Positions 40,407 through 50,161 of a stretch of 64,000 nucleotides of DNA are shown here, piece by piece. The stretch's first letter is position 1, and every line of letters starts with the position of its first letter. The notes beneath the pieces were generated by a model. The model was not told the DNA's origin. It searched no databases and saw only the letters and a program-made list of their open reading frames with translations. Location of the stretch: assembly GCA_965208105.1 (NCBI GenBank), contig OZ242318.1:4288001-4352000 (forward strand), in the 5' to 3' direction. Source of the stretch: Candidatus Latescibacterota bacterium (lineage in GTDB: Bacteria; Latescibacterota; UBA2968; UBA8231). The position numbers and the translations under genes are program-made.

Positions 40407-42011
40407 TCAACCGGCGCGCACATACAATAGCGCGCAGTCGAGCGCGATCGGTTTCGCTATGGAGTCAGCCCGCGTGTTCAGACTGATTTCGAGCCTGTTT
40501 TCACCGTTTATGACCCGATCCGGCTGCACTTCGCACTCCAGCCAACGGCCAGCCGGCGCCGCGTCCAGTGTCTTCTGCGGCCGCAGGTCGTTCAATGCGA
40601 CATCGTTGAATCTCACTGCTATCTCATCGCTCGCGGTGAGCTCCCACAAGTGCAGGCGAAGGCGAAAGGGGCCCTTCCTCGAGCTCAGATCTTCGCCGAC
40701 CTGAAAGTGCGCTTTGGCGGTCTTTCCGGGCTGCAGCTCCAGTTCGCGAAACCGCTCGAAGGTATCGCTACCGTGGAAATCGTCGATGCCGAAGAGCTTG
40801 TCTTTGCCTGCCATCGTTTCGAGGTCTCCGATCTCCATCCACACCTCATCGTCGACGAAGGCGCCGTTGAAGACGTAGATGCCATCCGCCCCGGCAGCGA
40901 GCAGATTGGTCGCTGCGCCGCGCCAGGCGGGCAGCATGCCTTCCCACTTATTCATCTCGATCGTAAACGACGAGCCGATCTCCTTCAGGGAGCTGGCCCA
41001 GGATTTGTAATCCCTGTACTCCCCGTCCGTGAGATCGAGGAACGTCCATTGATGCCAGAACCCCCAGCCGATGCAGGGATACACCGGCACGTCATGGTCG
41101 TGTCCTAATTTGATCATGGGACCGAACGACTCGGTCATGTGCGACTCGACGCCGCCTCCGGCTATCAGCAGGTCCAACAGATCCTCCGCCAGCCAGGTCT
41201 CCACGTCCAGGCCGATGAAACGCGCATCCGCCAAATTGCACGGCAGGCGCGCCGCCACCAGCAGCGGTCGCCCGCGCTGCCGGCCCACTTCGTCGGCCAG
41301 CTTCCGTACTCGCCGCACCAGAGCCGTCATCATCTCCACGTGCTCCGCCTCCACCGGAACCATCTCACGGGTCTCACGGAAAAAGGGATAGTGCCGGAAG
41401 AAGTCCAACTCTATCCCCTCGATGTCGTAGTTGCGTGCTACCTCATCTATATTGCCGAAGACGTGATCGCGGACCTCGGGAAAGCTGAAATCCATGCCCG
41501 ACCAGAGTTTCTTCGGACCGTCCTCCTTTTCCCAGTCTGCCGGATCGCCCATGAGAAATTCCGGGTGGTCGCGTTTGAAGGGCGCCAGACCATAGGTCCA
41601 GTAGGGCGACGACCCGTCAGGGTGGGAATCGTGCACGTCGTTCATGCGCAACGACCAGAAGGCTTCCAGCCCGTTCTCGTGACAGAAATCTGTCTGAATC
41701 TGCAGACTGTCGCGCCCGTAGGTTTCGACCAGCTCCAGGGGAATCCCCTTACCGTGGAACCCACCCCGCTTGGTATGGTGGGAGAAGCGAACACCCGCCA
41801 TGCAGCTGCAATACCAGCTGCTGTCCACCTGAGTTCCGAGCAGCGTCCGGGCGCGGGCGTCGAGAAAGTCATCGATCAGCTCGCCGCTTTCGCGCTCCGC
41901 CAAACCTTGAGCGGTCTCCTGCGGCGTCCTCGCCTGGATTACGTCGTCGCCGTCGTTGTTGTAAATGATCCGCCGCCGGCGCCACCGCGCGTCTCTTCTG
42001 GTCTGGTTCAT
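40407..42011 (-). CDS. Glycoside hydrolase-like TIM-barrel protein
   Basis: RRIIYNNDG, SLRMNDVH, DFSFPEVRD, IEGIELDFFR, GADGIYVFN. Confidence 0.65.
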   Translation of the reverse strand: MNQTRRDARWRRRRIIYNNDGDDVIQARTPQETAQGLAERESGELIDDFLDARARTLLGTQVDSSWYCSCMAGVRFSHHTKRGGFHGKGIPLELVETYGRDSLQIQTDFCHENGLEAFWSLRMNDVHDSHPDGSSPYWTYGLAPFKRDHPEFLMGDPADWEKEDGPKKLWSGMDFSFPEVRDHVFGNIDEVARNYDIEGIELDFFRHYPFFRETREMVPVEAEHVEMMTALVRRVRKLADEVGRQRGRPLLVAARLPCNLADARFIGLDVETWLAEDLLDLLIAGGGVESHMTESFGPMIKLGHDHDVPVYPCIGWGFWHQWTFLDLTDGEYRDYKSWASSLKEIGSSFTIEMNKWEGMLPAWRGAATNLLAAGADGIYVFNGAFVDDEVWMEIGDLETMAGKDKLFGIDDFHGSDTFERFRELELQPGKTAKAHFQVGEDLSSRKGPFRLRLHLWELTASDEIAVRFNDVALNDLRPQKTLDAAPAGRWLECEVQPDRVINGENRLEISLNTRADSIAKPIALDCALLYVRAG

Positions 42012-42145
42012 CGATTTCTGCCTTTGCTGGTTGACGTTCCCGCGTTTTCCCTACGCTTCCTCAAAATCTCACTACCTTCGCTGCCTGCGCCGCCGCAAGA
42101 GTGGCTCTATCATGTGCACTTGCAGGCCTTCCTGGTCGATCGTCG

Positions 42146-42529
42146 TTACGTCTGCATTATCTGGATCAGGTTGCCGCAGGTGTCGTCAAAGACCGCAATG
42201 GTGACGTTGGGCAATTCTGTTGGCTCCATCGTAAAAGCTACGCCCAGTGACTTCAGTTTCTCATACTCTGCATGGATGTCCGTAACGCTAAAGGACGCCG
42301 CTGGGATGCCTTGGTCGAATATCCCCTTCTGAAATTCTTGTGCTACCGGGTTTTCATTTGGTTCAAGCAGGAGCTCGGTCCCATCTGGCTCATCGGGCGA
42401 GACGACGGTAAGCCACTTGAATTCCCCCACAGGCAAGTCATGCTTCTTCACAAAGCCGAGGGTCTCCGTGTAGAACCTCAGGGCTTCGTCCTGGTCACTT
42501 ACGAAAACGCCGGTGAGTGTAATGCGCAT
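42146..42529 (-). CDS. VOC/glyoxalase family protein
   Basis: DQDEALRFYTETLGF, WLTVVSP, DDTCGNLIQ. Confidence 0.92.
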   Translation of the reverse strand: MRITLTGVFVSDQDEALRFYTETLGFVKKHDLPVGEFKWLTVVSPDEPDGTELLLEPNENPVAQEFQKGIFDQGIPAASFSVTDIHAEYEKLKSLGVAFTMEPTELPNVTIAVFDDTCGNLIQIMQT

Positions 42530-42556
42530 ATCTGGCCTCCCTTTCTATTGATAGCG

Positions 42557-42829
42557 TCACTTGAGCCATCGGTTCATTACAGTCCTGAGGGGTTCATCGT
42601 TGAAGACAAGTATCCGATACTTGCCACGCTTCTCTGAGCTTACGAGCCCTGCTTGTTCCAGGAGATCAATGTGCTTGGCCAGAGCCTGTCGGGAGATGGC
42701 GATTTCATGCCGCATGATCAAGCGCGCGGTGAGTTCGTAAAGCGTCTGCTCCTTGCGCTCAGAGAGCTCGTCCAGCATCAACCTCCGTGTTGGGTCAGCG
42801 AGTGCCTTGAAGACCAGGTCTTTGTGCAT
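42557..42829 (-). CDS. ArsR family transcriptional regulator
   Basis: FKALADPTRR, SRQALAKHI..LEQAGLV. Confidence 0.9.
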   Translation of the reverse strand: MHKDLVFKALADPTRRLMLDELSERKEQTLYELTARLIMRHEIAISRQALAKHIDLLEQAGLVSSEKRGKYRILVFNDEPLRTVMNRWLK

Positions 42830-42837
42830 GCGCACAT

Positions 42838-42867
42838 ACAATACGCAACCACAGAGTTGCATGTCAA
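42838..42867 (-). promoter_or_regulatory. Sigma70-type promoter with ArsR operator
   Basis: TTGACA-18-TATTGT on minus strand with GCAAC/GTTGC inverted repeat in the spacer. Confidence 0.6.
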
Positions 42868-42919
42868 GGGGCGATCTCCCAGGCTGGAAGGAACCACATG
42901 CCCAGCCATTTGCAGGATT

Positions 42920-43188
42920 GGGTGAAGAGGAGCCCGTGCTGGCGGCTCTCGCCGCGGCTTGGTGCGAGGGCTCATCGCCACCGGGGCCCGCGCCGGGCGG
43001 TACGGCGGGGTGTGCCATCAACGCTCCCTCAGGCCCCGAATTGATCCGGATCCGGGCCGACAGGCAACCAGAATGGACTCCGGGCTCGGTCGAAGGACGG
43101 GCAACCGATCCTCCGGGAGCTGCCTGACCCTGGCGCTACGCCCAGCGCCTTGACCGAGAGTCCAAAAAGGTCCTCATTCTACCTATAC
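42920..43188 (+). mobile_element. Internal IS91 transposase fragment fused to oriIS end (family A; remnant 6)
   Basis: EEEPVLAALAAA / VRGLIATGARAG (frameshifted) joined at CGCCGGGCG to 200 bp ending CTACCTATAC. Confidence 0.8.
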
Positions 43189-43223
43189 TTCTCACTCAAA
43201 AACCGGAACAGGACGGACCAAAA

Positions 43224-44048
43224 ATGGGAACCTACACAGCTCAGGAAATCCGCGATCGTCTATCCATCTCCACCTTTGTCTTCTGGGGTCATCGGCCCAT
43301 AGACAAGGGAGCGTTTGACGAGCTCAGCCGCCATGGCATCACGCGCATCGAGCTTCTGGAGAGTCCGGAGCAGTTCACCATGAGCGATGTCAGCTCGATG
43401 AAGCTGGTGGGAGAAGCCTGTCGCTCAAGCGGCATCGAGGTCGTGGCTTATCACTGTTTCAGGACAGATTTCAATGATGTCGACACGGAGAGCACGCGGC
43501 TCGAGCGCACCGACAAATGCCGGCGTCAGATCGATACCATGCTGGAGATGGGGGGCACGCTGTGGGGTTCTCACGCCAAGGAAACCAATTCGTTCGTGGT
43601 AAAATCCTATGAAGAGTTGGCCAGGCACATCGAAGGGACGGACGCGGCAATCACCGTAGAGAACACAACCACCGGACCCAACGTCGAAGACCGCATCGAG
43701 TTCCTCGACGCCATGGACCATCCCCAGGTCGGCATGATTCTCGACATCGGCCACGTGCGCAACCAGGAGCGCGTCAATCCGATGACGCTGAAGGGTGGGC
43801 CGACGAAGGTTCTCGAAACCTGCGGCCACCGGCTGCGCCACATCCATCTGCACGGTTTCAAAGAGGGTGCTGACCACCATCCCCCTCTGGTCGAAGGGGA
43901 CGAGATTCAGTGGGCAGAATTGTTCGGAATGCTTCGCAAGGTGGAGTACCCCGGTGCCATCAACTTCGAGCCGCGCCGGCACGATGACGCCATCGAGTAC
44001 ACCGCCCGCGCGCCGGACGGGATTGCGGAGCGGCTGGCAGCTGCTTAA
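43224..44048 (+). CDS. Sugar phosphate isomerase/epimerase (TIM barrel)
   Basis: VEN, LDIGH, HIHLHG, DHHPP, FEP. Confidence 0.85.
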   Translation: MGTYTAQEIRDRLSISTFVFWGHRPIDKGAFDELSRHGITRIELLESPEQFTMSDVSSMKLVGEACRSSGIEVVAYHCFRTDFNDVDTESTRLERTDKCRRQIDTMLEMGGTLWGSHAKETNSFVVKSYEELARHIEGTDAAITVENTTTGPNVEDRIEFLDAMDHPQVGMILDIGHVRNQERVNPMTLKGGPTKVLETCGHRLRHIHLHGFKEGADHHPPLVEGDEIQWAELFGMLRKVEYPGAINFEPRRHDDAIEYTARAPDGIAERLAAA

Positions 44049-44194
44049 CCGCCTGTCATTGCCCGACGTCGGCCGGGTGCCTGATCTCCGCTAGCCTGTC
44101 GACGTGGATCGGGCCCAGACGAACAGCGTTTTGTCCGGCGATGCGATCTCATCAACGCTGGGTAGTAGTAGTCCTCCCTCTCAGCTTAAAGAAA

Positions 44195-45424
44195 ATGGCA
44201 GAACAAACAGAAGTTGTAATTGTCGGTGGCGGGATATGGGGACTGAGCACCGCCTACCATTTGGCAAAGTTCGGACAAAAAGATATTCTCGTTCTGGAGC
44301 GCAACGATGAAATCGCTGCGGAGACGACGCCCCAAGCTGCAGGGTTCGTCGGTCAAATTCGCCCATCGGTTACTATGTTGCAGGCGATCCGATATGCACT
44401 TGAATTGTTCTCTCAGTTTCCGAAGGAGACCGGACATGACCCCGGTCTGCGTCAGGTCGGGAGCTTGATGGTAGCTCTCACGCCAGAACGGATGGACGCC
44501 TACGCACGTCAAATTGAGCGGTCACACCAGAATGGGATCGAAGCGGATTTTGTTTCCCACGCGGAGATGGCTCGCCTCGCCCCTGAGTTGGATGTGACCA
44601 GGATTGAGGGCGGATATTTCGTCCCCAACGACGGATATGTCGATCCCCAGCAGTGCGCTCGCGCTTATGCCGCCGCAGCGAGGGATTTGGGGGTTCAAAT
44701 CCAACTGAATACACCCGTAACCGGCTTTCGGCAGCACAATGGGGAGATCCTTGGGGTAGAAATAGAAAACGGCTTTATCGGGTCAAACCGCGTCGTGATT
44801 ACCGCGGGACCGTGGGGGGCTGGGCTCGCCAAAGGAGTTGGAACGACTGCGGCGGTGCAACCGATCCGCCATCAACGCGTTCGCACGGTTCCGAGTTCCG
44901 GAATCCCCGACCATCACCCAGCGGTGCGCGTTACCGATGTCAGTTGCTATCTGAGACCTGACAAAGGGGGCTACCTCTACGGGTTCTATGAACCGGAGCC
45001 AGTCAGCATTGATCTGGAAGCGATGCCCCCCAACTTCAGGACGGGGGATATTGAACCACCCGTGGAGGTTATGGCAGAGGCGCAAAGACGGCTTGCCCCA
45101 ACCTTCCCGATTCTGAAAGACTTGGAAATCGCCGAGTATCGACCCGGCATGACCACATTCGCGCCCGACGGTGCTTATCTGATTGGTCCGGTGCCAGGGA
45201 TTGATCGACTCTACTTAGCTACCGGTTGCGCTGCTTTGGGGATTGCCGGCTCCCCTGCCATTGGTCAGTGGCTGGCGAAGTGGATCATTGACGGAGATCC
45301 CGGCGAAGATTTGGCTGTTTTCTCGCACCAGCGGTTCGGGGCTCAAGCTGCCGATCAGGAATGGCTGCGTCGAGAGAGCGAACAATTTTACGCGAACTAT
45401 TACGGTATCCGATCCGATGAATGA
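44195..45424 (+). CDS. FAD-dependent oxidoreductase (sarcosine/dimethylglycine oxidase-like)
   Basis: VIVGGGIWG, TTPQAAG, DGYVDP, TFAPDG. Confidence 0.9.
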   Translation: MAEQTEVVIVGGGIWGLSTAYHLAKFGQKDILVLERNDEIAAETTPQAAGFVGQIRPSVTMLQAIRYALELFSQFPKETGHDPGLRQVGSLMVALTPERMDAYARQIERSHQNGIEADFVSHAEMARLAPELDVTRIEGGYFVPNDGYVDPQQCARAYAAAARDLGVQIQLNTPVTGFRQHNGEILGVEIENGFIGSNRVVITAGPWGAGLAKGVGTTAAVQPIRHQRVRTVPSSGIPDHHPAVRVTDVSCYLRPDKGGYLYGFYEPEPVSIDLEAMPPNFRTGDIEPPVEVMAEAQRRLAPTFPILKDLEIAEYRPGMTTFAPDGAYLIGPVPGIDRLYLATGCAALGIAGSPAIGQWLAKWIIDGDPGEDLAVFSHQRFGAQAADQEWLRRESEQFYANYYGIRSDE

Positions 45425-45435
45425 GAAGAAGATAA

Positions 45436-46245
45436 ATGCGTTCCAAACTATATGATCTCCCTGAGATCTATGATGTAGCGTTTTCTTGGGATCTTTCTGA
45501 GGAGATTGGCTTTTTCAATCGAGTTTTCAGAACGCACGCGCCATTTCCAGTGCGACAGATTCTTGAACCAGCTTGCGGCACAGGTCGATTTCTAAGGACA
45601 CTGCCTGCTTATGGGTTCCACGTTACTGGCTACGACATCAACCCGACAATGCTCCAATACGCTGAGAACTCAATTGCAGCCGCCGGCTACGAAGGGAGTG
45701 TGCAGACGACACTGGCCGATATGATCTTCGCTGATATACCTGGTCGGTTCGATGCAGCGTTCAATTCGATCAACAGTATTGGACACCTTCACTCGAATGA
45801 TGAAATAATTTCCCATTTGAAAGCTACAGGTTCATCACTCCGCGAAGGCGGAATTTACGTCGTCCATCTGAACTTCGCCCATCAAGGCAAGCTCCCGGAT
45901 GGTAATCGTTGGACGATGGAGCGTAGCGGCATAAGGGTGAAGACTTGGTGGCGAATCCTCAATGAAGACAGAGAATCCAGATTGAGTCACCAAATCGGCT
46001 CGTTTGAAGTCGAAAGGGATGGCAAGATCGATCGTTTTGATGATCGCTATTCTATGAGACTTTGGCTGTTCATTGATTTCGAAGATTTGCTCCGTCGTTC
46101 TGGTCAGTTTGAAATCGCGGCGATCTATGGAGAGGATTTTGGGGAACTGAGACACGACGAGCGCCTGTCAGGGGAACTTGGGAACGTCTATGTGATACTC
46201 CGGAAAACCTGTGCCATCTGGTCTGCCTTTCCCAGCGATCGATAG
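45436..46245 (+). CDS. Class I SAM-dependent methyltransferase
   Basis: LEPACGTGR, GYDINPTML, FDAAF, GGIYV. Confidence 0.88.
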   Translation: MRSKLYDLPEIYDVAFSWDLSEEIGFFNRVFRTHAPFPVRQILEPACGTGRFLRTLPAYGFHVTGYDINPTMLQYAENSIAAAGYEGSVQTTLADMIFADIPGRFDAAFNSINSIGHLHSNDEIISHLKATGSSLREGGIYVVHLNFAHQGKLPDGNRWTMERSGIRVKTWWRILNEDRESRLSHQIGSFEVERDGKIDRFDDRYSMRLWLFIDFEDLLRRSGQFEIAAIYGEDFGELRHDERLSGELGNVYVILRKTCAIWSAFPSDR

Positions 46246-46365
46246 TATCCCCTGACCGGGCGACAGGTGCATCTTCTGAGCGAAGCGGAGCAGGTGGCCG
46301 GAAGAGTGGCCCTGGAATGGGACGGACGCGGCCACGCCGGCGGTCTGGTCGCACCGGGACACTAG
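46243..46365. mobile_element. Possible second MITE type
   Basis: Starts TAGTATCCC at a stop codon and ends GGGACACTAG like the 167-bp MITE; interior unrelated. Confidence 0.35.
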
Positions 46366-46415
46366 TCAGTCAGATCGTTTCTGTAGCCTGCTGGACCCGC
46401 CCTCTCCTGATCCAA

Positions 46416-47291
46416 TCAAATAGCGCTACTTGTCTCCATCACCCCCAACCCTTCCTCCAGTTCCTCGACGCTGGCAAAGGCCACCAAGGTGCAATGCACC
46501 CCTGCGGTCGCCAGCACCCACTGTATAGCCCGCTCGGTGCGCGGCACCAACTCGCCCGGCTCGGCTAGTTCGTGCCACGGGCCTGAGACAATCGGATAGA
46601 CCAGCGGCAGCTCTCCGCGAATGCCTTCCCCCCTGGGCGATAGCTCCTCGACCTTTGACTCGTCCACGGCCGACCAGTCGGTCTGCGTCTTGTCGGCCCA
46701 GCTAAGCCACTGGCCGCCCAAGGCCTTCATGATCAGCACGCCTTTCCCAACCTGCGCTGACGCCGCAATGCCCGGAGCCTGCCAGCGGCAGACGTAGTTG
46801 TAGATGACCAAATCGGCGTCCGCTCCGGGTTCGGGACCGCGCTCGGCATAGGCTTGTTGATCGGCCAGCATGTGCCGAATCAAGCACAGGGCGCGCACTT
46901 TGCCTTTGGCCTTGCACTCGGCGATGCGCTCGGCCAAGCCTTCGTTTTGCAGATAGGCATAGTGTTGTACCCGCAAAATATCGATGGCCTCGCGGCGCAC
47001 ATTGGCGAGGTGCTTGTCGATAGTTCCCTCCACCTCAGCGGCTGCGGGCGCAGCCACCTTGAGCGAGAAGAAGCGGTCGTCCCTCGGACCTTTCAGCTCG
47101 TCCGGAATATGGACCTCGTCGCCGTAGCCCATGTCGAAGAGATTGACGCCCAACTCGGCGGCCTGCAGGTAAATCCGGCGCTTCTCCTCGGGCGGCGGAT
47201 GGCCGTTGACGCCCTCGTAGCGGGCCAACAGCCCACCCAAGCCGATAGTGCTCAGCTCCATGTCCGTTTGTCCAAAGCGACGGTATTCCAC
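46416..47291 (-). CDS. Aldo/keto reductase family protein
   Basis: EYRRFGQTDMELSTIGLGG, GVNLFD, KGKVRAL, MKALGG. Confidence 0.8.
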   Translation of the reverse strand: MEYRRFGQTDMELSTIGLGGLLARYEGVNGHPPPEEKRRIYLQAAELGVNLFDMGYGDEVHIPDELKGPRDDRFFSLKVAAPAAAEVEGTIDKHLANVRREAIDILRVQHYAYLQNEGLAERIAECKAKGKVRALCLIRHMLADQQAYAERGPEPGADADLVIYNYVCRWQAPGIAASAQVGKGVLIMKALGGQWLSWADKTQTDWSAVDESKVEELSPRGEGIRGELPLVYPIVSGPWHELAEPGELVPRTERAIQWVLATAGVHCTLVAFASVEELEEGLGVMETSSAI

Positions 47292-47409
47292 GATAACCTC
47301 CTTGCGTCCTTGCGATGCGCTCACAGCTTGCTGCGTCCAATATGGCACATTAGTTTCTCCGGCGCGAGAAATTTATCCCATCAGCCTACATCGTCCAAGG
47401 GAGAATGCC

Positions 47410-48006
47410 GTGACCGCCAAAGTCCTCATCATCATCGGCGACGCCACCGAAACCGTCGATACGCTCTATCCCTACCTGCGCGTCCAGGAAGAGGGATTCG
47501 CGCCCGTGGTGGCCGGGCCGGAAGCCCGCCGCTACAACATGGTCCTGCACGAGGTCCCGGCGGAAGGTTGGGACATCACCCGCGAGATTGAGGGCTATAC
47601 AATCCAGGCGGACATCGCCTTCCGCCACGTCGTGCCCGAAGAGTACGTGGGAATCTTTATCTCCGGAGGGCGCGCTCCCGAATACATTCGCGACGACCCT
47701 GACCTGATTCGCATAACCCGCTACTTTTTCGACCGCGACAAGCCCGTAGGCTGCGTCTGCCACGGCGTCGAAATCCCCGCCCGCGCCGGTTGCGTCAAAG
47801 GGCGGCGCATGGCCACCGTGCCCAAGTGCCAATTCGATCTCGAGGTTTGCGGCGGCACCTTTGTCGACGCGCCCTGCGTCGTCGATGGCAACCTCATCAG
47901 CGGCCGCACCTGGCACGACCACGGGCACTACATGAAACACTGGATCAATTTGCTGATCGCCGAGCGCGAGCGCATGGGCGCAAAACAGAAGGCCGTCACC
48001 GGGTGA
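47410..48006 (+). CDS. DJ-1/PfpI family protein
   Basis: GDATE, SGGRAPEY, CHG, VDGNLISGRTW. Confidence 0.92.
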   Translation: MTAKVLIIIGDATETVDTLYPYLRVQEEGFAPVVAGPEARRYNMVLHEVPAEGWDITREIEGYTIQADIAFRHVVPEEYVGIFISGGRAPEYIRDDPDLIRITRYFFDRDKPVGCVCHGVEIPARAGCVKGRRMATVPKCQFDLEVCGGTFVDAPCVVDGNLISGRTWHDHGHYMKHWINLLIAERERMGAKQKAVTG

Positions 48007-48830
48007 AGCTCTACTACAGCACCTATGGCATGAAGCAACTCGACGTCTTCGAAGCCCTGCCGCGCCTCGCCGACATGGGCTATGAGGGCATGGAAATCGC
48101 CGTTACCCCCGGCTGGCCGACCGAGCCGGCCAAAATGGACGCGGCCGCGCGCAAAAGACTCGCCGACCTCTTCCTCCAGCTCGGCTTCCCCACGCCAGCG
48201 CTAATGGCCCTGCTCTCGCCCTGCGTCGAAGGCGAGGAGCGCGCGGCCGCACTCGCGCAGTTCAGTGCGACCTTTGAACTGAGCCGCTCACTCCGGCTCG
48301 ACGACCGCCCAATGGTCGTCAGCACCACCCTCGGTGACAAACCCGCCTGGGAGACCGGCAAAGACCGCATCGTCGAGCTGGTACTCGAACTGGGCGACAT
48401 GGCCGCCGAATACGACGTCATCGTCGCCATCGAGCCGCATGCCGGCGACGACTTCGAGACGCCGGAAAAGGCCGCCTGGCTCATGCAGCAAACCAATCAT
48501 CCCAACCTCGGCCTCAACTTCGACTACAGCCAATTCTGGGTTGAGGGCATCGACTTGCAGCACTCCATTGACCTGATTCTCCAGTACTCGGTCCACAATC
48601 ACATCAAGGACGGCTATCTCGACGAAGAGGGGCGGGTCCGCTATCTCCTGCCCGGCAGCGGCAAGCTGGACATGAAGGCCTACTACAAGGCCCTGCAAGA
48701 CGCCGGCTGGGACAATTACATCTGCCCGGAGGTCACCGGCCAGATATGGAACGCAGATGGGTACGACGCCTGGAGCACGGCGCAGTTTTGCTACGACGTG
48801 GTGAGCGCGGCGCGGGCGTCTTCAGGCTAA
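48003..48830 (+). CDS. Sugar phosphate isomerase/epimerase (TIM barrel)
   Basis: GYEGMEI, IEPH, LNFD, HIKD, PGSG; GTG overlaps upstream stop. Confidence 0.88.
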   Translation: MKLYYSTYGMKQLDVFEALPRLADMGYEGMEIAVTPGWPTEPAKMDAAARKRLADLFLQLGFPTPALMALLSPCVEGEERAAALAQFSATFELSRSLRLDDRPMVVSTTLGDKPAWETGKDRIVELVLELGDMAAEYDVIVAIEPHAGDDFETPEKAAWLMQQTNHPNLGLNFDYSQFWVEGIDLQHSIDLILQYSVHNHIKDGYLDEEGRVRYLLPGSGKLDMKAYYKALQDAGWDNYICPEVTGQIWNADGYDAWSTAQFCYDVVSAARASSG

Positions 48831-48888
48831 ATGCAGATCAGCCCTCAACCATCGATGATTAACAGCAAGCACACTTCTTAGGCTTCTT

Positions 48889-49731
48889 ATGATTATCGAC
48901 TCTCATACCCACGCTTGGGAATACTGGCCCTACGAGCCGCCCGTGCCCGATCACAACAGCCGCGGCCGGGTTGAGCAACTGCTGTGGGAAATGGACCGCA
49001 ACGGCGTCGATAAGGCCGTGCTGGTCTGCGCTCGCATCGAGCACAATCCCCACAACAACGACTACGTCGCCGACCAAATCCGCGTCTATCCAGATCGCTT
49101 GGTGCAATTCGCCGACGTGGATTGCTCCTGGTCGGCAGAATACCACACCCCGGGAGCGGCCGAGCGGCTCAAAGCGGCCGCGGCAAAGTACCAGCTCAAA
49201 GGCTATACTCACTACCTGAATACCGACACCGAGTGGTTTGCATCAGAGGAAGGGCTCGCGTTTTTCAGCGCCACAGCCGATCTGAACCTGATCGCCAGCC
49301 TGGCTTTGGGGCCGCAGTGGCAGCCGGCGTTGCGCGAGTTGGCTCGGCGCTTTCCGTCGGTGACTTTTCTCTGTCACCACATGGCCGGGGCCAAAGCGCG
49401 CGAGGAAGCGCCGCACCCCAATCTGCAGGAGATTCTGCGCTCGGCCGAGGTGCCCAACATTTACATCAAGCTCTCGGGTTTTCACTATGCTTCGCACGTC
49501 TCGTGGGACTACCCCTACTCGGACACGCACCATGTCGTGCGCCAGCTCTACGAGCACTTCGGCTCCCAAAGGCTGTGCTGGGGCTCGGACTATCCGGTAG
49601 TGCGATCCAATATGACCTACCAGCACGCGCTCGAAGTATTCCGCACGCACTGCACGTTCGTACCAGACGAGCACAAGCGCTTGATCTTGGGGCAGAACCT
49701 GGCCGACCTGCTCGACAAAGCCGGTACCTGA
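48889..49731 (+). CDS. Amidohydrolase family protein
   Basis: IIDSHTH, GVDKAVLV, HHMA, IKLSG, WGSDYP. Confidence 0.92.
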   Translation: MIIDSHTHAWEYWPYEPPVPDHNSRGRVEQLLWEMDRNGVDKAVLVCARIEHNPHNNDYVADQIRVYPDRLVQFADVDCSWSAEYHTPGAAERLKAAAAKYQLKGYTHYLNTDTEWFASEEGLAFFSATADLNLIASLALGPQWQPALRELARRFPSVTFLCHHMAGAKAREEAPHPNLQEILRSAEVPNIYIKLSGFHYASHVSWDYPYSDTHHVVRQLYEHFGSQRLCWGSDYPVVRSNMTYQHALEVFRTHCTFVPDEHKRLILGQNLADLLDKAGT

Positions 49732-49805
49732 CCGCAGATGATCATGCTAACGCCCGCATATAGCACGATCCGCCGCTGCTTGCCCAAAGGCTCGTACGCA
49801 TGATG

Positions 49806-49974
49806 CTAAGTGTCCCGTCGCAGAAATATGTCGCCATTATTCCGCCGATCCATCCCGGCTCACGGCGTTGCCTTCACTCGCCGTACACCACAGGTACGAC
49901 TCGCTCAGGCGCCTTGTGAGCCGGGCGCCTCGGCGGCCCAATTTCGTCAACCTATCTCTGCGACGGGACACTAG
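49806..49974. mobile_element. MITE copy 3
   Basis: AGTGTCCCGTCGCAGA...TCTGCGACGGGACACT TIR; same interior as copies 1-2. Confidence 0.88.
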
Positions 49975-50006
49975 CCCGAGATCTTAAAGTGGATGTCGAG
50001 GTGACG

Positions 50007-50132
50007 GTGCTCGGAGCATTGGCGAACGATTCGGTGCGACGACCAGCGATTCATCAGGGATTCTACCGGACCATTGACAACGGTTTCGGCGAATTACATA
50101 GTACCGATATCGGTGCCTTATTTTTCCTATAC
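50007..50132 (+). mobile_element. oriIS remnant 7 (family B)
   Basis: Matches 59036-59161 and 60612-60703; ACCGATATCGGT palindrome, ends TTTTTCCTATAC. Confidence 0.82.
50074..50102 (+). promoter_or_regulatory. Outward-facing sigma70-type promoter within family B end
   Basis: TTGACA-17-CATAGT; also at 59103-59131 and 60658-60686. Confidence 0.55.
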
Positions 50133-50161
50133 ATCCCCCAACCCACCAGGAGATCGAGGCC

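Noticed and set aside
25798-49731. A single biosynthetic or catabolic gene cluster
   Set aside because: No core synthase or transporter; mixed orientation and composition, and mobile-element junctions split the genes into unrelated blocks.
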